Virus record (IMG/VR): IMGVR_UViG_3300044675_007236
Origin: a virus
Taxonomy: Duplodnaviria; Caudoviricetes
Strand: one strand, 5' to 3'
Length of the DNA: 64,000 nt
Shown here piece by piece: positions 54,325-63,889 of the stretch. How positions within the stretch are numbered: the stretch's first letter is position 1; every line of letters begins with the position of its first letter. Under the pieces are notes generated by a model. The model had not been told where the DNA came from. It made no database searches and saw only the letters and a list, made by a program, of their open reading frames with translations. The position numbers and the translations under genes were made by a program.

Positions 54325-56949
54325 TTACACGCTAAAAAGTTGATTCTGACAGACGGCAAGCCGTGCTGTCAACGGGAAGTTCGGATTACAAGCAGCTGAA
54401 CGCCAAAGGGCAGCCAGCTTGTACATTGCATAGTCTTTAGCTAACGCTTCGCCTTCTGTGTTGCATTCTGCGAGCTTCTCATAATGACAAATTTTAGGGG
54501 TTTGATAATTTCGACAACAGCCCAACAAGCTTCTCTTATAAACAGATTCTTTAGAAAAAGAGAAATCTTCTGAAAAAGAAGCAGCTAGTAGATTAGCATT
54601 TGCTGTAGCTATTTTATCAATTAACGCAGAAGGTGATCGCTCTATACGTAAAGGCAGCGTCTCATCGGATGCCATTTTGCTGTAAATAGCAGGCAAAACA
54701 GCTTGTGCAGTTTTAAGGTGTTCTTCGGTTTTGGTTAGTCTACTGTAATCAGCGAGACTAAGAAAAATACAACGATCTGCCATAGCAGCCAGTTGGCTAT
54801 CACAAGCAGCAGAGCCAAACGCTGCAAGTTTCTCTACAGGAAAAGGTTTTGTCAGTATGCCTACAAGCAAACTATCCGGTACGTTTGCAGCACCTTCCAT
54901 AGAGGCAAGGGCATAGCCGAGTCGGATTTGAGACGCGGTTTTCTCTGACCAAAACCCGTGTTGGCCGGACTGATAGAGGATTACATCAAGCGGCGCAGTA
55001 GAAGTGCTAGCCAGCTTAATATAATCCTGAAGTTCAAATACGCCGGAATCTGAAGCAGCTTTCGTGAAGTAATCGGCCTTAGCTCCGTAAGCAATACGAT
55101 CAGCCGGTCTAAACACACGTGAAATATCAAACCACGTTGGATCTGGATTATCGACATGAAGATGGTGTAAGTCGCCAGCTACTTTGACCAATCGAGTAAG
55201 ATTGTTTTTACAACCACCGGCTGCACACTTCTCGCTAGTGCAATACTCGTCGCGAGTTCTCGCTGCATGTTTGCAGAACGAGCAAATATCGTTAGGCACG
55301 CGGCAATTGTGGCTGACAAAACCGCCAAGACTGTAGGACTCGTCTTCCTCGACTTCGAAGTTATATGTTTCGACATCCGTTACGTCTCTACTTTCAATAT
55401 CAGCTATTCTGTAAGCGTAACGTTGGTCAGGACAAATCCGCATAGCTGCAGGTTTTTCTCGTAGCTGTTTTCTAGTTAACGTGTAGCTGGCGGCCTTCTG
55501 AGATCCTGAAGCCAACTGCCACAAATCTAAATGGCTAACATTTAACGTATATTCTATCCCGCTATTTTCGTAACCGCTATTTTCACAAAGTGCGTGATCT
55601 ATACGATAAATAGAAGTTGGAATGCCTACTGAGGCCAGCAAATCCCTGCCCTGTAGAACTAAATGCACGTTAGCGGAAGAAAAGTGCCCACCTTTGGCAT
55701 CAGTCCAACCATCGCCGTCCAGCCAAGCGCCTAAAAAAGCTAACTTTATTTCGGTAGCAGCGTTAAATATTTCTGGCGGTATGCGTTTATTTTTACAGCC
55801 TCGGCCAACATACTGTCTTAAAAACTCAGAAAATTCGGTGCTGCGAACGATAACAGCTAAAGCTGCGTTGCTATTCTTTTTAGGCTCAATACTGACGGTT
55901 ATGTCGGGGTAAAGAATTTCAACCAACCTAGGTAAACGTCTTGGAAGCGAATCTGTAAGATTGCAAGTAAACTCCGTACTACAGGCTTTTTCGCCGTTGT
56001 AGCTAAAACTACCTTCTGCCAAGTAATAACCTAATATAGCCGCAAGCGTCGGACAGCTCAAAGCAGCATAACCGTTAAAACGCGTTACAGGCTGATAAAA
56101 AAACCTGTCGCCTTTTTGCAAATGCTCCGCGTGAGTCCAGGCTGCAGGCTCGGCATCAAAAGCTTTTGTGTCTTTAAAATAACGTCTGGCTTTACCTTTA
56201 ACGCTACTAGCAGCACATGCAAATGTCTTTGCCAACATTGGGTGGTCGGCAGTTAACTCCAACGGTAAAGGCAATCCGTTGCATTTAAAAGTGTACGCTT
56301 TACCGGTATATCTACGTCGATTAGTACCAGTTACTCGACGCCAGCGGCCTTTGTGCGTCCAAACATACATACCTGTTTTAATTTCAGCGATGGATAGATA
56401 GCCCTGATCTCTGGTCAAAACAGGATAAGTCGGATCCAGTACACAAGCCATGCTGACCGGGAAATCCTCTCCTCGAGCAATCTTTTCTACCTCAGTATCC
56501 GCTACCAAACCACCGTTACGGTCGGCGGCAGCCTTAGTGGCATTCAAAGCACAGAGAAGTTCAACACGCCGCATATCATCGTTGTACGCTGAAGCTTTCA
56601 CGTGTCCATAAAACGGATCGCCACGTTCTGGCTTGTTTTTATGGTTTCGAAAAAACTTAGCAAACTTTACAAACGTATCGTGATACTTTTTGCAAGTAGC
56701 TTCTTTGAAAGCATCACCGTTGCGATTAGGCCCGTAAGCCTCGCTAGCTCCTAACGCAATTAAGTGAACAGGTATCTCGTCACTTGCAAACTTGTAATTG
56801 TCAATCTGCGGCAAAAAAGAATGACTAGCCGTCTTAAGAAAATCACGACGGTCATTGCCGATAAGCCCGCGGCTACCGATTTTAACAGGCACAACAATTT
56901 GCCTGTCGAACTCCCAACCTGACGGCGATACAAACTTGATATGAGCCAT
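54325..56949 (-). CDS. prohead (capsid maturation) serine protease precursor with intein
   Basis: NRNGDAF, FFRNH, PVSMA|CRVPNDICSFC protease motifs once the intein is removed (spliced ~494 aa). Confidence 0.8.
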   Translation of the reverse strand: MAHIKFVSPSGWEFDRQIVVPVKIGSRGLIGNDRRDFLKTASHSFLPQIDNYKFASDEIPVHLIALGASEAYGPNRNGDAFKEATCKKYHDTFVKFAKFFRNHKNKPERGDPFYGHVKASAYNDDMRRVELLCALNATKAAADRNGGLVADTEVEKIARGEDFPVSMACVLDPTYPVLTRDQGYLSIAEIKTGMYVWTHKGRWRRVTGTNRRRYTGKAYTFKCNGLPLPLELTADHPMLAKTFACAASSVKGKARRYFKDTKAFDAEPAAWTHAEHLQKGDRFFYQPVTRFNGYAALSCPTLAAILGYYLAEGSFSYNGEKACSTEFTCNLTDSLPRRLPRLVEILYPDITVSIEPKKNSNAALAVIVRSTEFSEFLRQYVGRGCKNKRIPPEIFNAATEIKLAFLGAWLDGDGWTDAKGGHFSSANVHLVLQGRDLLASVGIPTSIYRIDHALCENSGYENSGIEYTLNVSHLDLWQLASGSQKAASYTLTRKQLREKPAAMRICPDQRYAYRIADIESRDVTDVETYNFEVEEDESYSLGGFVSHNCRVPNDICSFCKHAARTRDEYCTSEKCAAGGCKNNLTRLVKVAGDLHHLHVDNPDPTWFDISRVFRPADRIAYGAKADYFTKAASDSGVFELQDYIKLASTSTAPLDVILYQSGQHGFWSEKTASQIRLGYALASMEGAANVPDSLLVGILTKPFPVEKLAAFGSAACDSQLAAMADRCIFLSLADYSRLTKTEEHLKTAQAVLPAIYSKMASDETLPLRIERSPSALIDKIATANANLLAASFSEDFSFSKESVYKRSLLGCCRNYQTPKICHYEKLAECNTEGEALAKDYAMYKLAALWRSAACNPNFPLTARLAVCQNQLFSV
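55306..56445 (-). mobile_element. intein with LAGLIDADG homing endonuclease (380 aa)
   Basis: Starts CVLDPTYPVLT; block B ELTADHPML; LGYYLAEG and LGAWLDGDG motifs; ends TYNFEVEEDESYSLGGFVSHN followed by Cys+1. Confidence 0.95.
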
Positions 56950-56961
56950 GTTGGTTCCTGT

Positions 56962-58110
56962 TTAAGGCTTAGTTGCTGCGGGCGTTAAATCACGTAGCTG
57001 CTGCGTCGCTTGTTGTTGTGCGGCCAGATCTTTTCTATACTGTAGTAGACTCCAAATAGCACCGATAGCTGCCGGAATACCGCTAACGCCAAATCGAGCT
57101 AAATTACCGCGAATGACAGGCGAAAACTTATGACCAGGTTGTTTAGGTACGTTGCTAAAAATGTTTTTATTACTTGCAACTGTTGCAGCTTGTTCCGCTT
57201 TTGCCGGGTCAACACTCTGAATATACCCGGAAAGACTTGCAGCTGTTGGTTGTAAGGTGCGGGGTAAATTGGCAGCCAATATGTTAGTCATTTCGCGTTG
57301 CTGCTGGGCGTTTAATGGTTGTAAATTTGCGGCGTAATTGGCTAGTTGAAATTGCTGCGTAGATCCTCCAGTAAGCTTAGGGTGCACAAAGTGATTCCAA
57401 TTGACTGCGTTAGGATTTTGCATCATCCAATGGGCTAAAGCCCGTCGATCTAATCCGTGCAAGCCCGGAACTTTACCTAGTAAATAACCTAAGGCTGGGC
57501 TAGAACCCGCACCAATGCCTGCTGGTACTAAAGCACCTAACCCAGGACTTGAATTAGCGGTACTTTGTAAGGCTTTAACTCGATCAGATTTTAGCTCTGC
57601 CTCGGTTTTAGGCCCAGCCTGCATCGACTTTTCAGCTAAATCTGTAACTTTGTCTTCGACGCCTTTGGTAACGCTTCCTGGATTTAGTGCAAGACCTAGC
57701 CCACCGCCAAGCAGACCGCCAGCGGTAGCACCCTGTAACAAACGACGTTTCCAGTCTTTCTCTTTACGAGAAGCAGCCAGACCGCCAGCACCCAGTGCAC
57801 CAAGACCTGCACCGGCTAAGCCGTAACCGAGCGTGCTACGCAATCCAGGATCGGTGGTGACCCGATCCATCCCAGCGTTGTACGTGCCTTTAGCAAGTGA
57901 AGCAGCTTGTCCAGGCATAGCTTTAAGTGTATCCAAAAAGCCAGCAGCTTGCTTAACTACTTGCGTACCGGTAGAGTTCATCACAAAAGTATTCGCAAGA
58001 GCTGCGGGCGGCATTCGTTGCACTGAGCCTTGATCCAAAGCTTGCTTCCTAAGCAAAAGCAACTTTAGACCTTGCTCGTAAGAAATATTAGCTAAGGATA
58101 CTGGCTTCAT
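56962..58110 (-). CDS. glycine-zipper membrane-active protein (ejection/internal protein candidate)
   Basis: GYGLAGAGLGALGAGGL, GATAGGLLGGGLGLAL, GALVPAGIGAG and GIPAAIGAIWSLL segments. Confidence 0.6.
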   Translation of the reverse strand: MKPVSLANISYEQGLKLLLLRKQALDQGSVQRMPPAALANTFVMNSTGTQVVKQAAGFLDTLKAMPGQAASLAKGTYNAGMDRVTTDPGLRSTLGYGLAGAGLGALGAGGLAASRKEKDWKRRLLQGATAGGLLGGGLGLALNPGSVTKGVEDKVTDLAEKSMQAGPKTEAELKSDRVKALQSTANSSPGLGALVPAGIGAGSSPALGYLLGKVPGLHGLDRRALAHWMMQNPNAVNWNHFVHPKLTGGSTQQFQLANYAANLQPLNAQQQREMTNILAANLPRTLQPTAASLSGYIQSVDPAKAEQAATVASNKNIFSNVPKQPGHKFSPVIRGNLARFGVSGIPAAIGAIWSLLQYRKDLAAQQQATQQLRDLTPAATKP

Positions 58111-59395
58111 TTCGCATCAACTGGGTTGGATTACTTTGGGTACGACGTAGGCCTTCTTCTAGCTTAAGGGTTTCACCCAATTCAAACGGTTCAATGTTAC
58201 CCATGAGCCGTTTGCGAAGCAACGGGCCAAGTGCTGAGGGTTGGTCCGCAAGCCTAGGAGAAAGCTGAACAAGTTCGTTGTAAGCGTTTAAAACCTGGTC
58301 TGGTTCGTACTCGCTAACTGGGTTTTCCGGATCACTCATCATCTGAGTTAAAGCCGTTTGAGCTCGGATCTTACGAAGTTCGTTTAAGTGATCAGGACTG
58401 TCAAGGTTTTGGATTTCAGATTCCAAAGCCGACTGACCGCCCTGAGCTACAGACTCCCCCAGATTTTTCGCTGCCCCCATTCCGAAACCACCGGCGACAC
58501 CGCCTATGATCGAACTCAGGTTTGCTTGCTTAGTTGTCTCAGGCTTGAGCTTGGCATACAAATCGTCAGCTACTTTAGTTGCTTTGGCCGCGACAACAAT
58601 TTGCTTTGCAAGTTTGTCTTCAGCTGCTGCAAGCTTTTCAGCTTGAGCTATACAGTCGTCAATCAAAACGTAGGGAGCCGCTGTGCGATTTACAGGAGCT
58701 TGAAAACCTGCCCATGTTGGCTTGTGATCCGAAGCTTTCTTTTCGTTTGGAAACCTAGAAGCGACGTAACGCATAAGTGCACTACCTGGAGCTCCGTAAT
58801 ACACACCAGCGGCGTGTTCAACTTGAGCAAGCGGTAGTCTGTCATAAGCAGATTTTTGAAAATACGAAACAAGCAAATGCAACTTGTAGTTAAGTAAGTC
58901 TTCAGACGCTACCTTTTCCCGGTTAGCATCCTGCACAAGTCGCTGCTGATAATCTTTACCGTCAAAAGCTTTCTTAATATTGACGTCTTGTTGATAAACA
59001 GGATCAAAAGAAGCGACCTTTTCGGTAATGCCTAAATCCGCTTTTAGCAAACTGCTTTTATCGGCGTAAGTGCGAAACTTAGGCTTAGCAGTAGAAACGT
59101 GTGCAACCTTTTCCTTGGAGCTACCCCAAAGTTGATTATGCACTGTGTCGTAGTCCGCAAGCGGAAAGTTTGCAAGCTTATCTAAAACGCTCGTGTTAGC
59201 TTCCCACTGGGCAAGCTGACGCCCGGTGTTAAAAGCGTTACAAGCCGCTTTGAGAAAACCAGGAGTAAAACTCAATTCCTGTGCCACTTTGTGCATTGCG
59301 TCATTTGGCGACAGCTCCCGGTTATCAACCAAGTCTACAGCCTTTTTAACGCCCGCCATGAGCAGCTCTTCATCTTGTCTACTTAGGTTTTCCAT
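58088..59395 (-). CDS. hypothetical internal head protein (K-x-A rich)
   Basis: 435 aa, helical; 14 of 33 Lys in KxA; IIGGVAGGFGMG segment. Confidence 0.75.
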   Translation of the reverse strand: MENLSRQDEELLMAGVKKAVDLVDNRELSPNDAMHKVAQELSFTPGFLKAACNAFNTGRQLAQWEANTSVLDKLANFPLADYDTVHNQLWGSSKEKVAHVSTAKPKFRTYADKSSLLKADLGITEKVASFDPVYQQDVNIKKAFDGKDYQQRLVQDANREKVASEDLLNYKLHLLVSYFQKSAYDRLPLAQVEHAAGVYYGAPGSALMRYVASRFPNEKKASDHKPTWAGFQAPVNRTAAPYVLIDDCIAQAEKLAAAEDKLAKQIVVAAKATKVADDLYAKLKPETTKQANLSSIIGGVAGGFGMGAAKNLGESVAQGGQSALESEIQNLDSPDHLNELRKIRAQTALTQMMSDPENPVSEYEPDQVLNAYNELVQLSPRLADQPSALGPLLRKRLMGNIEPFELGETLKLEEGLRRTQSNPTQLMRNEASILS

Positions 59396-60386
59396 CTTTT
59401 ATCTCCGTACGACGGAATATACTCTCGTCTACGCCTTGTAGCCCTGCGTTAATTTGTCTACCAGCCCCGACGGCCATAACCTCAGAACTGTCTAATTCGG
59501 CTGCCTGTTCATCATACTGCCCCAAAGGTGTATCGGCATATAGCTTTTTACCTTCGTCACCGACAGTCCAAGGAATTTCAGGCAACATAGCGTTAACGTG
59601 TTTCTCGAACTCATTGTGCCGAGCTTGTTTATCGTCAACACGTTGTTGAATCTCGAGCAACTTAGCGTGTACTACAAACAGTTCCATAACATTGAAACTG
59701 TTAACGCGAAACTGGCCTGCAGCCTGTGCACTCTTGCGACGAATTTGATTGCTCCACTGAGTATCAAGCCAAGATTCAATCTCATCTGGTCTTTCGACTT
59801 TGACGCCTTTTTTAAATCCGCTCAACATAAAGTCACAAAGCAGCGGTCCGCCATAATACGCAAAGAATTTAAGCGTCATATCGAAATGGGGCTTAATCTC
59901 AAACTTCGGTTTTTTATCGTCTCCGTTTTCTTCGTTGACGTCTACAAACCTATCAGAAGCCGGAATAAGAACGTTTCGAAGTATCCAGTCACTGTGCCGT
60001 AAAAAGTCTTTTACGTTAAAAAACAGCTTTTCATACCACTGAATTGTCTCAGGAATGGTTTTGTTTTCTTCCGCGATTTCCTCGTACGACATGCCTGCTA
60101 AAAGCCTGGCTTCAACGACCAAAGACATTTCCGGGTCATTTAGTCGACTGACAAACATATTGTGGGCGTAGTACAACCCAGGATTCTCGTACAGAAGAGC
60201 TATACGCTTAGAACCGCCCTTATTGTAATCAAACAAATAAGACCGATAGCCTCGAATCCATTCGTCGTCATATCGTTTGCAGCGTTCTGGCGGCCAAGCT
60301 GCAAGCATAGCCAAAACTCGTTCGTGCCGCCAAAAAGGCTGCAAGAAAGGGTCGGCTAAGCGTACATTGTTGTAGACTCTAAGCAA
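59379..60386 (-). CDS. hypothetical protein with HTH-like segment
   Basis: TTG start with GAGG SD; LLAGMSYEEIAEENKTIPETIQWY. Confidence 0.65.
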   Translation of the reverse strand: MLRVYNNVRLADPFLQPFWRHERVLAMLAAWPPERCKRYDDEWIRGYRSYLFDYNKGGSKRIALLYENPGLYYAHNMFVSRLNDPEMSLVVEARLLAGMSYEEIAEENKTIPETIQWYEKLFFNVKDFLRHSDWILRNVLIPASDRFVDVNEENGDDKKPKFEIKPHFDMTLKFFAYYGGPLLCDFMLSGFKKGVKVERPDEIESWLDTQWSNQIRRKSAQAAGQFRVNSFNVMELFVVHAKLLEIQQRVDDKQARHNEFEKHVNAMLPEIPWTVGDEGKKLYADTPLGQYDEQAAELDSSEVMAVGAGRQINAGLQGVDESIFRRTEIKDGKPK

Positions 60387-60397
60387 AGTAAGTACCT

Positions 60398-61066
60398 CTA
60401 AACAATCGTGTCAGAACGCAAAGTACAAGCGACTTCAAACGTAAGTACAGTGGCAGTACCTGTAGTTATGAACTCAAGCCACAATGCAGAAGTGCGACAA
60501 CGCATATTAACGTCCTGGTTGTCACGATTCTCGTAGGCTCGATTAATATCAAAAACAAGCTTAGCAGTACCAGACAATACGGAATCAGTCAGCACTAAAC
60601 TGGTAATAGCTGGTTTTGTAGGAATTAGTGGCGGCGTCTGCCAAAGCACAGGTGCCGTATTTGCCGTGGCTACCGCACCCGCATGACTAACATTCAATAC
60701 TAGTTGATTTACAGCTGAAACAGCTGTAATAGTGTGCACGGCGTTGTAAGCAGCTACGTTGCAATTTTTTAGCTCGACGCGATCACCAACGATTAAACCG
60801 TGATCTTCTGATGTAGTTATTTGTAGAAAACCACCAACATTAGCGGACCCTGAAACAACACCAGACGCAGTTACTTCCAAGTCGTTTGCAGCAATACAAG
60901 CTCCACGTCTGTCGTACAAGTTAATTGTAGCCGCTGTAGATGTTCCAGCTGTTTGCGTAACAATTAGACGATCTAGTTCACCTCTAGGGGGTGCTGGAAT
61001 TCTTACAAAACCTGCGACACCTCTGGTAAGTACGCACTGAACAGTTCTTGAATAACCCGCTGTCAT
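60398..61066 (-). CDS. structural protein with small beta-barrel repeat unit
   Basis: ITTSEDHGLIVGDRVEL...YNAVHTITAV motif of the HG-x-x-x-GD type common in phage virion proteins. Confidence 0.6.
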   Translation of the reverse strand: MTAGYSRTVQCVLTRGVAGFVRIPAPPRGELDRLIVTQTAGTSTAATINLYDRRGACIAANDLEVTASGVVSGSANVGGFLQITTSEDHGLIVGDRVELKNCNVAAYNAVHTITAVSAVNQLVLNVSHAGAVATANTAPVLWQTPPLIPTKPAITSLVLTDSVLSGTAKLVFDINRAYENRDNQDVNMRCRTSALWLEFITTGTATVLTFEVACTLRSDTIV

Positions 61067-61073
61067 GCTTCAC

Positions 61074-63566
61074 CTAGTTCCTGGAAAGTTCGTCTAAGTT
61101 AATGTCACCTTCGTCAAACGGCGATTCAACTGATTTTTCCTTGAGGAACAAGGTTATATCGCCAACAGCCTCAAACGCGTTACGTAAACTGTCTTCTAGC
61201 TCTGGCATGTCAGACTTTCCGTAACGATCTTCAAATTCTTCACCGTGCCAGTAAAAGTTCATCAGAAGTCGACCGAGCGAATCTAAAGATTCTACTAGCG
61301 AAGAAAGATGGCGTTCGACAAGTGAGTCTTGTCTGACAGACTTAAGCATACCGGAAATCATCGTGGTGTCGAAAACTTCTTTTTGCCCTTGCGAACCGGC
61401 TTGCTGTGCAACCTGCATCGACGTATTGAAATCTTGAGATTCATAATTTTGCCACGGATCCCAAACACCAGGATCAGTTTGATCTGCACTCATGTGATTT
61501 AGACGGTAAACAGCATTGCCGCCGTATTGCGTGTTAGCCGAAGTACGCGGCCCGTATTGCTCGGTGCTGCGTTCGTCGGCTAGGTCGTCGTAGACAGGGG
61601 CGTCTGGTCCACCTGCCAATACACTGTAATTAGGATTAGCCTGCTTGTCGCTGCCGTACCCGGCTGCGTACTCAATGCGGTAAACAGCACTACCACGAGC
61701 CTCGGCTTCTTTAAGAATTTCTCGAGCCTGCCCTTCACGCATACCGTGTACGCTTACCAAATCCCACAAAGCAGCTCGCTTGGAGAAGCTGTTTTTACCT
61801 AGCGCGGAGTCGATAAAAACATCTGTTCCATTGTTAAAAACCTTTAGCCGAGCTGTCTTTTCGTGAATAAGAAGTTGAATGTCGTCAATCTTGCCTAGGC
61901 GAATTGGGCTTTCTTCGTTACCTCCGACACCTACATAAGCATCAGGTAGCTTTAAAAATTTGAAGCTACCTGGAACACGCAGCTCGCCAGAGATAGCTCG
62001 AAGTTTAGTACCTCGCTTGTTTTCTTTGTCAACGCAAAGCAAAGCGTCGTAGGTGCTTGGTTGATTGTAGCCATCCATAGAGTAAGGCTCGGTAATTTTT
62101 TGAAGCCTAGGCATAGTCGATGTTCGGTCGTCACGATAATCAGGATGTACAAAAAAATCGACTTTGTAATTGCCGTCGCCAAGAGCTTCAATTACCTTGA
62201 ACGGTACAGTTGCCGAACCTGTTGAATCTAAGCCAAGGTACGTGCTACCTTCAGACAAAGTGCTGGAATCCGAAAGAGATTCAAACCAGTCATTCCATTC
62301 GTCGCGTTCGCTTATCTGGTCTGCAAAGATATTGGTAGCGTGGGTGTTTAGCCAACGGCGACCTTCGCCGCCCTCGCCAAGTCTTACAACGATAGCAAGG
62401 GGCTCACGACCGCGGTTGCTGCTACCGTGAGTAACAACTAACATTTTGTTGAATTGACCGGGTCGCTCTAAAACTCGATAAAGAGCTGTCTCAGACGGGT
62501 TAGTCAGTTTTTGCTCAATTTGTGTGTTATAGGTGCGGCTAACTTGAATGCCGCGACGATGATCGACAATCAGCATTGTGTCGTTAAGCAATCGCTCGCG
62601 TTCTGCATCGTCGAGCTCGGGCATGCGGTTAGTTGTAACTGACTCTTGCGTGTAAAGCCTTAGGGCTCCTGCTTTTACGTGATCGACACTTTCAGGTTTT
62701 GCTTCAGCAAAAAGCCGCATACCTTCTAACTTAGGCTTAACCGAAGCTTGCTTTTTGACAATACTTTGTGCAGCTTGTTTAGTGTTTGCTTTGCACGCTG
62801 TACCCCAACGAACAAAGCAGTCGTTACCGTAAAATCTACTAAAAGCAGATTTAATTAACGGATATCGCTCAGATGCTAAGTAAGCCAGTTGCAGCATTTC
62901 AAAACTTTGTGGCATAACGTTGTTAAAGTCAAACGCAGCGGCATTCTTTGCCAAAGCCGCCTTAAATGGATCGTTAACGACTAAAGCCTGGTCAAGCTTG
63001 CGCCCATTAAGCTCGTTACCAGTTGTCCTGAATAACGAACTTGCAGCCTTAGTTTTAAAAGCTGCAAGCATTGGAAGAACTTGGCTAAAAGCAGATTTAG
63101 GCAACTGTTTAGGGCGGTAAGTGTCGCTGGCTCGCTTACCGCCGCCGATTGAAGGCGGAATGGAAAGCGTTCGAACGTCAGGGTAAACGCCACCAAGATC
63201 TCGAAGCTTACTTGCCGACGATTCACCTAGTATGTGCGGCTTTCGACTCATGACGTAATTGATCCAGTTTTCTTTCATCGGAACAAACGAATCGTTGTTC
63301 TTGATGTAAAGCAGCTCGTGCCCCTTAAGATCACCGTTAAGAAAAAAGACCGGAGCATACAACCATTGAGAACCAATTTGAAACCCGAAAACACCCATAG
63401 CTTTCGTGTTGTCTTCATTACGATCAACAAGTTGAAAGCCGATCATGTAGTCAAGCAAACGAGGGGCTTTATCTCGCAGATAAGCATAAGCTAGGCTAGA
63501 AAAAGCTTGTTCAAACTCGGTCTCTCCACCGCTACCACCGATACTAGCCTGCTTAATCGCGTTCAT
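61074..63566 (-). CDS. large hypothetical head-associated protein (830 aa)
   Basis: Intact long ORF; clustered KxA motifs flanking a KxA-poor central domain; function unassigned. Confidence 0.75.
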   Translation of the reverse strand: MNAIKQASIGGSGGETEFEQAFSSLAYAYLRDKAPRLLDYMIGFQLVDRNEDNTKAMGVFGFQIGSQWLYAPVFFLNGDLKGHELLYIKNNDSFVPMKENWINYVMSRKPHILGESSASKLRDLGGVYPDVRTLSIPPSIGGGKRASDTYRPKQLPKSAFSQVLPMLAAFKTKAASSLFRTTGNELNGRKLDQALVVNDPFKAALAKNAAAFDFNNVMPQSFEMLQLAYLASERYPLIKSAFSRFYGNDCFVRWGTACKANTKQAAQSIVKKQASVKPKLEGMRLFAEAKPESVDHVKAGALRLYTQESVTTNRMPELDDAERERLLNDTMLIVDHRRGIQVSRTYNTQIEQKLTNPSETALYRVLERPGQFNKMLVVTHGSSNRGREPLAIVVRLGEGGEGRRWLNTHATNIFADQISERDEWNDWFESLSDSSTLSEGSTYLGLDSTGSATVPFKVIEALGDGNYKVDFFVHPDYRDDRTSTMPRLQKITEPYSMDGYNQPSTYDALLCVDKENKRGTKLRAISGELRVPGSFKFLKLPDAYVGVGGNEESPIRLGKIDDIQLLIHEKTARLKVFNNGTDVFIDSALGKNSFSKRAALWDLVSVHGMREGQAREILKEAEARGSAVYRIEYAAGYGSDKQANPNYSVLAGGPDAPVYDDLADERSTEQYGPRTSANTQYGGNAVYRLNHMSADQTDPGVWDPWQNYESQDFNTSMQVAQQAGSQGQKEVFDTTMISGMLKSVRQDSLVERHLSSLVESLDSLGRLLMNFYWHGEEFEDRYGKSDMPELEDSLRNAFEAVGDITLFLKEKSVESPFDEGDINLDELSRN

Positions 63567-63589
63567 CTTTAGTTTCCGTTAAGTGAATA

Positions 63590-63808
63590 CTACTTCTTCC
63601 AACCGGCTGCTATGTCAAAACCGGAAAGATGTGAAAGCATATTTTGAGCTTCTTGTGTGGCAACTGCTTCAAAAAAACTAGCTATCTTTTCTTTGTCTGC
63701 ATTAACTGTTTTTTTCTTTGGCTTTTTCTTCGTGCCTGTTGTAGGTGGAAGTAAATAAGCCGCAGCTAACTTAGAATCAAAGCCGCCCAGTGGAGGTAAA
63801 ATTGACAT
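63590..63808 (-). CDS. small basic hypothetical protein
   Basis: 72 aa; TKKKPKKK; contains KLA and KIA. Confidence 0.6.
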   Translation of the reverse strand: MSILPPLGGFDSKLAAAYLLPPTTGTKKKPKKKTVNADKEKIASFFEAVATQEAQNMLSHLSGFDIAAGWKK

Positions 63809-63850
63809 TATAGGACCTGTGAATATGAAAATTCATCCGGCGAATTGTAC

Positions 63851-63880
63851 AGTTTATCTGTTTTGTCGGTATTTTAGCAA
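63851..63880 (-). promoter_or_regulatory. putative sigma70-like promoter TTGCTA-N18-TAAACT
   Basis: In the 81-bp intergenic gap ahead of the head operon. Confidence 0.4.
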
Positions 63881-63889
63881 GTGAAACCT

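Noticed and set aside
59379-63566. Calling the 830-aa protein the portal or the 335-aa protein the small terminase
   Set aside because: No diagnostic motifs recognised; many KxA sites argue that the 830-aa protein is processed cargo; the HTH-like segment alone is insufficient
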